From NCBI GenBank assembly GCA_951406725.2, contig OX597825.1, positions 76,198,001 to 76,262,000 on the forward strand: a stretch of 64,000 bases of DNA, given 5' to 3'. Of this stretch, positions 55,307-64,000 are shown in pieces. The translations under genes and the position numbers were made by a program. Source of the DNA: Octopus vulgaris (lineage: Eukaryota). How positions within the stretch are numbered: position 1 is the first letter of the stretch; each line of letters opens with the position of its first letter. The notes below the pieces were generated by a model. That model did not search any database. It had not been told where the DNA came from and worked only from the letters and a program-made list of their open reading frames with translations.

Positions 55307-55500
55307 CTTATATTTATATTTCAGATTAACTTTAAAAGAACTGGGCTCTTCTCCACCGTTTAATTCAAAATTGGTGTAGAAGCAGTTTTTGTAGCCTTTA
55401 TATGATATTTCTTTATATTCATAGTTCAAATTACAGTAAACTGAAGAATAGTAAGCCTGAACAAAACAAACTTTTACATCCCATCTTGTGGCCTGGATAT
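55307..55500 (-). CDS. Exon 2: module 1 long exon (IQATRWDVKVCFVQ...FKVNLKYKYK)
   Basis: Long pyrimidine tract ending ttccag; donor AAG|gtaatt; 194 nt, open, phase 1 to 0. Confidence 0.85.
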
Positions 55501-56017
55501 CTGGAAATAGATTGAAAAAAGAAGAAAAAATCTCAATTTATTTTCGAAACACCTTAAACTTTTTATGATGTGAATAGTTACATCAAGAAAACTCATATAA
55601 AACACTGGAAATGGTGTTTAAAATAACATAAAACCTTAATAATCAGGAAAATTTGAATTCTTTCCACATTTTGTCTGAAGAAAATGATTTTTTTTACATT
55701 TTCTTTAAGAATCAGACATAAATCTGATTGCATCATTTTCATTTATTTTTTTACAAAATCACTTGTATTTCATGATAGAGTGGTTAATATTAATATTAAT
55801 ATTGATTTCAAATATTAGCACGGGGTCAGCAGTTTCAGGAAAGGCGTTAGTCAATTACATTGATCCCAGTGTTTAACTGCTACTGATGAACCCTGAAAGG
55901 ATGAAAGCAAATTTAATATTAATATTAATATTATGTTAATGTTAATATTGTGGAAAGAATTGCTTTATCAGAAATATTAAATTTCTAAATATCTCATAGA
56001 GATATGTACAGTGGTGG

Positions 56018-56337
56018 AGCAATAGAGTGGTTGTATACTGTCAACTTAACGTGACAGTCCTGTACAGGAATTACACCACCGCTGTTTAGCCCTAGGAAGC
56101 ATCGGTGCTTCCTGTCGGCCTTGACACATTTCCTGTGTCCCTATATATTTACGAAGAGAAGACAAATACCCCTAACATGATGGGAGTATTTGTCTCCCCT
56201 TCGTGAATATATAAGGACACAGGAAATGTGTCAAGGCCAACAGGAAGTGTCGATGCTTCCTAGGGCTAAACAGCGGTGGTGTAATTCCCTTACAGGACCG
56301 TCACGTTAAGTTGACAGTATACAACCACTCAATTGCT
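56018..56337. repeat. ~320-bp near-perfect palindrome (foldback/MITE)
   Basis: gagtggttgtatactgtcaacttaacgtgac / gtcacgttaagttgacagtatacaaccactc; ~150-bp arms, short loop. Confidence 0.92.
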
Positions 56338-57689
56338 TTATCATTATAGCCAAAATTTTTCTACCACTGTCTTCTACATTTTAATAGCCATTCCATAGCC
56401 ATACTAGCATGCAAAAAGAAATGAAAAACAGTATGTAAATCAGAAAACTGACAACAGAAAAATAGACAATTTCTTAAATGATATGTCATCATCATCATCG
56501 TCATCATCCTTATCTTTATTCCTACCACCACCACATTTACCACTAAAATAAAAACATACACAAATACAACCATAAACGCACATAAGTATATACATGCATA
56601 TACACACAAAAGGTCAACACACACAAATATACATGTATGTAAACATGCATGTACATGTACACATCAACACACATGTACAAAAATACATGCATTCACATGT
56701 GTTACTACACATGTGTATGTGTGTCTGTGTTTACAGAAACACTGAAATAGCATTAAAAGATATCATGATGTGTTACAAAGGGCCACAAGTCCTATAAGTC
56801 AATAGATCAACCAGGTCCACAGTGATGAGGGATGCACAGTGTACTCATTGAAAAAGCCATAGCCTGTGGTAAATAGGTGAAATGTTCTGGGAGTGGTGCT
56901 AATATAACTAGAAGGTGTAGAAGTCAGATGAAGCCAAGTGTATGGTCGTGTTTGTGTATGCATCTACAGCTGTATGTGTGTGTACGCTTTTATTTTTTCT
57001 ATATTTATTCATTGATCTATTTTATATATTTTTGGATGTGCCTATTGTATTTTATCATCATGATCATCATGATCATCATGATCATGATCATCATCATCAT
57101 CATCATCGTTTAATGTCCATTTTCCATGCATGGGTAACATGGCTGACAGGACCTAGCCAGGTAGAAAAAAACTACCCTAGACTACTGTATCTGTTTAGGC
57201 TGGGATTTTATGGTTAGATGCCCTTCCTAACACCAACCACTCCACAGAGTGGTCTTAGTACTTTTTATGTGGCACTAACACAGGCAAGGTTAGATTTGGC
57301 ATGATTTTTACAGCTGGATGCACTTCCAAATGCCAACCACATTACAGTGTGCATTTGGATGTTTTTAACATGGCACCAACACTGTGGAAAACGTATATTG
57401 TACACTCTGCATTGCCCTGCTAAGGTAGGCTTGTATAAATTAAGGTGGTACTTTGTGTTCTTGAGCAAAACACTTCATCTGACATTGTTCCGTGATAACT
57501 TCAACATCTAACATGTGGTACACAGTGCATCTGTTCTGGGAACGTCAATTTGATGGAGGGAGTGAGCTAATGTACGGCACCTATATATGATCGTGATAAA
57601 TAAATCATTTGTGCAGGTTGGCCAATAAGAAATTGCAGAAGCATCTTTCTCGGACTAAGAGAGACTATCATCATTCTCACCAGAAAAAG

Positions 57690-58710
57690 GGATTCATGGT
57701 TGCCCTTAAGTGCAAAGGCCTTCCCTGGTGAAGAATGCAACCATCAGCATAGATTAATCATTAGTGACTTCAAACTGGAGGTATGAAAGAAGCCAAGAAG
57801 CAAGTCAGTTTGGAAAAGAAAGATCTGAAAGCTTAAGGATCCTTTGAATAGTCAGAGGTTTAGGGACTTCCTAACTGAAGCATTTGATGAGAAGGAGGAG
57901 GAGTTACAAACTTGCAATATAGAGGATAATTGGAAGTTCCTATGAGACAACTTACAGAGAGCCACAGACCAAATCTGTTGGTGGTGTGAAGTCCTTGCTT
58001 GACCATGGGTGACATGGTGGTGAAACAGTATAGTTGATGGCCATTAGAGCAAAGAAACACATTTGGAAGGACTAGAAGGGTGGTGGTTGGAATGAGCTAT
58101 ATCAGACAGCTAGAAGAAAAGCTAGGAAGCAGGGGTGATGCAGAAAGGAAGAAGATTTTGCCCTTGTTCTACAGTGTGAAGACCAGAGGCTTGAAGTGTT
58201 TTTGTTTGCAAGACATCGTGCCAGGGAGAATTGTGATGCTGTGGGAGAGAAGTGTGTTCACGTGGTTGATGGTTCACTTGCAGTTAGTTATTCTGCAAAG
58301 TAAAAGTCTTGGAAGTGCCACAGTGAAAGGCTACTAACTATAGGGAAATCATGGGAGAAGGAGAGTCTGTCTAATGTTGATCCAACAAAGGGACCAGTAA
58401 CCCAAATAGATAGTAGCATTGTAGACAAAGCCATGAAGGATATGAAGATGGGGAAAGTCCCCGGCCCATCAGGAATCATCGCTGAGATGCTTAAAATATC
58501 TGGTGGTGTAGGTTATGTATAATTAATCAGATGCTACATGAAGGAGTCAGACCCAATGACAGTCATAGTAGCACTACAGTCAATTGCTACAAAGGTAAAG
58601 GTGATACCTTAGATATAAATAATTACAGTGGTATCAAAATGTTGAATCAGGTGATGAAAGTTACAGAGCAGGTCATAGCCCAACTAATTAGGGAGAGAGT
58701 TAGTCTAGAT
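57690..58710 (+). mobile_element. Diverged internal RTE LINE fragment
   Basis: Homologous to ~16350-17400 (NCYKGKGD, QVIAQLIRERV). Confidence 0.8.
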
Positions 58711-59253
58711 GTGCCACTCTGTGATAAATTTAGCTAGATGAGTTACGATGTGATAAACTTGAATAAATAAATATGTGACGATTAATGGATGTGCATGAAC
58801 TTAAGACAACGACGAGGAAGATGAAACTATTGAAACTATGTTTACATGGTAATGAAACAGATAGAATAATGAAAAGAATTAATAAGGGGTTTATGACCTG
58901 CACAGAAATAGAGGAGTAGATGAACGAGGTTGAGAAGACAAAATTTCTTATCTGAGCATCTTCTGAAATTCGTATTCTTTCAGCGGAGGTATTAAAAAAT
59001 TGAGTAGGGGAATCCGAGTACATGCGCTAGTTTATATAGGGTGGGGGTGGCGGAAGAGGGGAGTGACCACGTGTATACTGTTGGCAATTTTTTTTCCTCC
59101 ATCTTCCCTTCTTTGGATCTTTCCTTTTCCTATGTTTCTGATGAAGAGTTCCCCTCGAAACGTTAAACCCTCCTTCTTTCCTTCTTTCCTGAGCATCCAA
59201 TAATACTATACTTGTTCCACGTCCTCGCATTGTTGTGTTTTCATGTTTGGATC

Positions 59254-59257
<4 letters not shown>
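58710..59257 (+). mobile_element. Penelope-related element end carrying a hammerhead ribozyme, abutting (TA)n
   Basis: Hammerhead at 59134-59168; truncates the RTE fragment. Confidence 0.5.
59134..59168 (+). ncRNA. Minimal type I hammerhead ribozyme (Penelope pLTR type)
   Basis: gttt-CTGATGA-agag ttccc ctc-GAAA-c-GTT-aaac; stem I gttt/aaac; palindromic ACGT stem III. Confidence 0.65.
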
Positions 59258-59321
<64 letters not shown>

Positions 59322-59929
59322 TTTTTAGAAAAACATAAATCCAGAGAAGAAGCACACTATAAAAAGTAGAGCAGTCTATATTTTTTCCTGATTGCAGCAC
59401 AGTGAATTCTGCAAAATTTCCTCAAGAGCAATGTTATAGCATAAAACCATTTGCTACAATATTTCTCTTAAATAACTTTGATACCTTTGATAGGTTTCGG
59501 CCAGTATGGGCCCAGGCCATGTCTAACGTATGCCTTTGTCTATTACTTTTGAAAATAATGAAGAATTTAGTAAAATAACTGTGTCGTTATTAAGCTGTTA
59601 TTTGGAACATAAATTGACATGAAAGTTTGATGTAAGGTTTCCATTTGGATCATTTTAAAACAGGAAGCTTGTATTATTCAACCAGGTGCAGTTTCAGGTA
59701 GTTTAGTATGAAAAAGATTAAACCAGAAACAGGAGCAGAAATAGACTCTACAAAATCTCTACATATGAAGTTCCACTCCATAGTTTTTGGTTGATGTGAG
59801 ACTATTGTACAAGACAATAATCCAAGGTGTCATACAATAGAAACTGACCTGGAAACAAACTGCTTGATCGTACACAGCCATACTCAGTGATTTCATAAAT
59901 AAATAGTAATAATAACAAATAAAACTTAC

Positions 59930-59984
59930 TTGTAAAATGTGCCATGGTGAATACTAAAACACTCCAACAGGAAAGAAGTACCAT
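59930..59984 (-). CDS. Exon 1 of 12, uncharacterised type I membrane protein: signal peptide MVLLSCWSVLVFTMAHFT
   Basis: ATG then hydrophobic stretch; donor A|gtaagt, phase 1; joins exon 2 as ...HFTNIQA-TRW (plausible cleavage after IQA). Confidence 0.8.
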
Positions 59985-60520
59985 TGTGGTAGATGGAACG
60001 AAGTGGATATTCTTCAGTTACTGATTTTCCTCTTGTTTTGGGGTATTTTTTTGTTTTTTTTAAAGAAATTTTGAAGTTGATTAGAATTTCTATATCAAAT
60101 GTTCTTAGAGATGAATATTATTAATTTCTTTACTTCCATATGTTTAACTGTATTTACAAACTGTAAAGGAGAGAAAAATACGATATAGTCTTTTTTCAGT
60201 TGATATAATACATGATGTTTTATAATTCTCAGTACTTCAAATTACCAAGTGTTTATGTACAAAAGAAACAACAACAGGGTATTGCAAGTTGAAAGGAAAA
60301 CTGATGATTTTGAAGAAATTTTTGTCCAATATTAATGCATCTCAGCTATTGCAATATAACTGGCAGTTATGGTAGAATTATTAATAGCTGGATAATCTAT
60401 GTATATACGCAGATGTTTATCCATCAACTTTTTCTATCCTAACCCAATATTTACACGCTATTGTCTACAATTTTTGTCTCCTCTAAGTTCTACCATTTCA
60501 AAAAGATATATATATTTATG

Positions 60521-60551
<31 letters not shown>

Positions 60552-60763
60552 GAATGTATGTATGTATGTATGTATGTATGTATGTATGTATGTATGTATG
60601 AATGTGGCATGTAAAAGCACCCACTACACTCTTGGAAGGGTATCCAGCTGTAGAAACTCTGCCAGATCAGATTGGAACCTGATGCAGCCATCTGGTTCGC
60701 CAGTCCTCAATCAAATCGTCCAACCCATGCTAGCATGGAAAGCAGACGTTAAAATGATGATGA

Positions 60764-60832
<69 letters not shown>

Positions 60833-61027
60833 TAGGTGAATGAATTATCCTAGTATGGACAATTCGGTTAACTGATGCCTGGGTAGAAAATTCACATCAG
60901 AAAACACGGTTGAAGCTACATGCCAGGGGCAGAAATCACGTGTTTTCGTGTGGAAATTTGTGTGTTTTTTTAACTATAAATAAGTGAAAGAATGGAGTCG
61001 AACGACGATTTTAACAAAATTCTTTTA

Positions 61028-61110
61028 TTCTCGACATATGTTTCGAAGACTGCATATTCTTAATTCCGAAGGAATAAAGAGTGCATTATGCTGCCTTCTC
61101 ATCAGGAAAG
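61028..61110 (-). ncRNA. Type I hammerhead ribozyme with long stem II
   Basis: Minus strand: tttc-CTGATGA-gaaggcagcata...tatgcagtcttc-GAAA-catat-GTC-gaga; palindromic CATATG stem III; GUC cleavage triplet. Confidence 0.7.
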
Positions 61111-61399
61111 ACAAGGAACCTATGTCAGCATCATGACGAACAAAAACTTTTAGATGACTTCCCACATGGAGTCCACAGTGGTAATGTAGCAAGCGTCCTG
61201 GCCTTTGACTCAGCCTGTACAGTGCTGGCATGTATTCATAAGACACATATTAGCATCTGTTGTAATGACCATGTTCCTTAGAAAATTGTCAAAAGGTATT
61301 TAAATATTGCATGACATAATTTAAAAAATTTATTTAGAATATATAAATACAGAAAGTAATATAGATAGAGAAATGTATTGTATGAAAATTATAAAATAT

Positions 61400-62170
61400 T
61401 TACAGAACTTCAGTATACACAATATGTTTAATATTTTTCTTTGAAGTATATATGAAGAGTTTGTGTGGGCTTCCTATTCTGGAACAATCTACATACAATT
61501 GACAATGTGAGAAACAACCCTCTTCTTGATGGAGACCAACAACCTGCAGTATTTCACACTGGGACTTGTTTATGGTCAATGCATAACTGACTCCCACTGG
61601 GAATTGCAATTGTTTGAAATGAAAGGGGACATCTGTTGGTATTAGTGGTATTCTAGGTATAAATACAGAGTCTCCCTTACCACATCCAGTGAGGATGTTT
61701 GCTTCAATATTTTGAGGCTGTAGTTCAATCACACCCATACATGTACCATTGTATAATCTTGGCTGATCCAGGTTTCTGAGAAGCATGATGACTGTGCCCT
61801 TCTTTAATTCAAGCTTGTGCAGTGAAATACCAGATGGTTTCAGACTGTTGAGGAATTCAACAAGATAATGAACAGCATCATCCTCACCGATAACTTTGTT
61901 GATAGATTCATAGATGTGGCTATCTCCAGGTATCATTTGTAAAAGATTTTTGATGTTGGAATTTACTGTAATGTTTTTTGGGGCTAGGATCACTCATTCA
62001 CACAGCCACTCATCGTTGGGACGGTGAATTTGTGAATTTCGAAATTTGGGAACACTTGATGAATGATGGTATGAATGCTTTCCACAAATGATGAGGGATC
62101 AAAATAGCCTTCAGTCAAGGGATATTTTGCTTTCACCAAGTTTTAGGATGTTTTGAGCTAACTCTGCAGA
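61400..62170 (-). mobile_element. Helitron RepHel PIF1-like helicase C-terminal remnant
   Basis: ILAPKN, MLLRNLDQPRLYNGT, IPRIPLIP, QFPV...YALTINKSQ. Confidence 0.9.
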
Positions 62171-62184
62171 AACGTTGTCACTGT

Positions 62185-62600
62185 AAGAAATTTCAGTTCA
62201 CAAATGAAAATAAGATTAATTGGTATCATAGAACTTGTAAGAGAAGGAATGTTGTTGAAATAGTAAATGAAATCAAAATGTTTAATATAACACCAAATTT
62301 CAGTTCAGAAGATGAAAATACAATAACTCGGAATAGTAATACTTGTAAGGAAAGGTATGTTCAAATAGTAGATGAAATCGAAATCTGTTGTATATCAATA
62401 AATTTCAGTTCACAAAACGAAAATACAATTACTTTTAATCGTAATGCATCTAAGAGAATGAATGTGGAAATAGTAGATGAAATAAGAATCGTATTTTTTT
62501 TATACATCACCAAATTTCACTTCACCAATGGAAAATATGATTACTTTTAATCGTAATACATGTAAGAGAATGGATGTTCCAATAATAGATCAATGTGAAA
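62185..62600. repeat. Degenerate ~105-110-bp tandem repeat (about 4 copies), likely Helitron-internal
   Basis: aatttcagttcaca...gaaaata recurs at ~62188, 62296, 62401, 62512. Confidence 0.6.
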
Positions 62601-63069
62601 GTGTTTTATGGATAAGATGAATTTGAAGCAGCTGGAAAATGTGTCTTTGCATAAACTGTAAATTGGGTATTTGACGTAGCATTAGAAATTGCATTTGTGT
62701 TGTGGAGAACTTTTGGCCTCATGGTCATATGGTTTCCGTCTTTGGGACTTCTGACACCAGCGTATGTGGACGGATATTTTTTTAGGGGCAATCAGCAGAT
62801 AAGGTCATAGACATAAAATACACTGGTATCAAGTGTCCAATGAATTTGGCGCATGGAAAGACAAGAATATATGTATGCAAAGAAGAAAATACTCACAACC
62901 ACCCAGTGGGTGCTTTTCTATAAATGAAAGCAGTTAAGATGTGCTTATCTGTAACTCCCTTCCCATGTTGTGAGAGTTATATGTTGAGAGATGTAGAAAA
63001 GAATGTATGTATATGTAGGTATATATAAATATACATGTGTGTTATGTTTGTGCATGAGAATATGTCAGT

Positions 63070-63104
<35 letters not shown>

Positions 63105-63108
<4 letters not shown>

Positions 63109-63610
63109 TCATCATCATCATCATCATCATCACCGTTTAACGTCCGTTCTCCATGCTGGCATGGGTTCGATGGTTCGACAGGGGATCTGGGAAACCAGAA
63201 GGCTGCACCAGGCTCCAGTCTGATCTGGCAGTGTTTCTACAGCTGGATGCCCTTCCTAACGCCAACCACTCCGTGAGTGTAGTGGGTACTTTTTATGTGC
63301 CACCTGCACAGGTGCCAGACAAGGCTGGCAACAGCCACGGTTGGATTGGTGCATTTTACATGCTACCGGCACGGAAGCCAGTCGAGGCGGCGCTGGCATC
63401 GGCCAAGTTCAGATGGTGCTTTTTACGTGCCACCGGCACAGGGATCACAACAGCAGTTTCCATTGATTTTGATGTTGGTGTACTTGACTCAATGGATCTC
63501 CTCAAGCACAGGGTCGAAATGGTGTTTCTTCACTTGCCACCTGAACAGGAGTCAGTCCAGCAGTCCTGGCAACTGCCGGGTGCCAGTCGTAGGATTGGTT
63601 CAATTTCGAT
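63105..63610 (-). mobile_element. RTE 3'-tail element
   Basis: (CAT)n then gtttaacgtccgttctccatgctggcatggg; reverse complement of the family consensus. Confidence 0.8.
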
Positions 63611-64000
63611 TTTTTAATAATAATATTAAATAATAATATTAAATAATAATATTATTTGTAAATAATAATAATGGTATTTTTATATAAGCTTAAAGCTTAT
63701 GGCAATCACTAGGCATCTTAATTATAACATCTATTATTTTCATGCTTGCATGGTTTTAACAGAATGTGTTGAGGTTTTCTATGGCCTGATGCCCTTCCTG
63801 TCACTAACACTCACCTGATTCCAAGCAAGGTCGTATTTCTTCCTGGTCTGACATATTTTCACAGTAGAATGGAATTGAAAAGTTTTTGACTAATTATGCC
63901 ATGTCAAGGTAAGGAGACAAACATAGCATATATGCACACACACACACACATTTATTGATAATAATAAAGTTAGAAGAAATGAAGTCTTTCTTCCTTAGTT

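Noticed and set aside
55880-55910. Hammerhead-like ctgatga...gaaa
   Set aside because: No convincing stems; it lies in a decayed SINE segment (ccc.gaaaggatgaaag).
61400-61993. Host PIF1 helicase gene
   Set aside because: Intronless, truncated, with degenerate motifs (KSQC, SHCQLYVDCSR); typical Helitron remnant.

Overview
AT-rich eukaryotic genomic DNA dense in microsatellites. The SINE and RTE-tail families look like those of Octopus; this is inferred from repeat style, not from a database match. Most ORF-track entries are microsatellite or transposon artefacts. The main result is a 12-exon minus-strand gene (ATG 59984, TAA 28381) that the ORF track shows only in fragments. I assembled it by hand from GT-AG sites with consistent intron phases (1,0,1,0,1,0,1,0,1,1,2). 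It encodes a 539-aa type I membrane protein: signal peptide, four tandem ~95-110-aa modules (each a long+short exon pair, resembling divergent PLAT/LH2 domains), a short stalk, one TM helix, and a cytoplasmic tail ending IYAELT. The rest is mostly decayed TEs: RTE LINEs (one twin-primed), Penelope-like fragments and mini-elements with hammerhead ribozyme cores, RLE-type non-LTR fragments in (AAT)n, Tc1, mariner, rosa-like and pogo elements, a hAT MITE, a Helitron and tRNA-derived SINEs. There is also a 1.7-kb minisatellite built from a SINE A-box head, several long intronic palindromes, and short locally templated duplications. A second minus-strand gene starting near 25 kb is weakly suggested.
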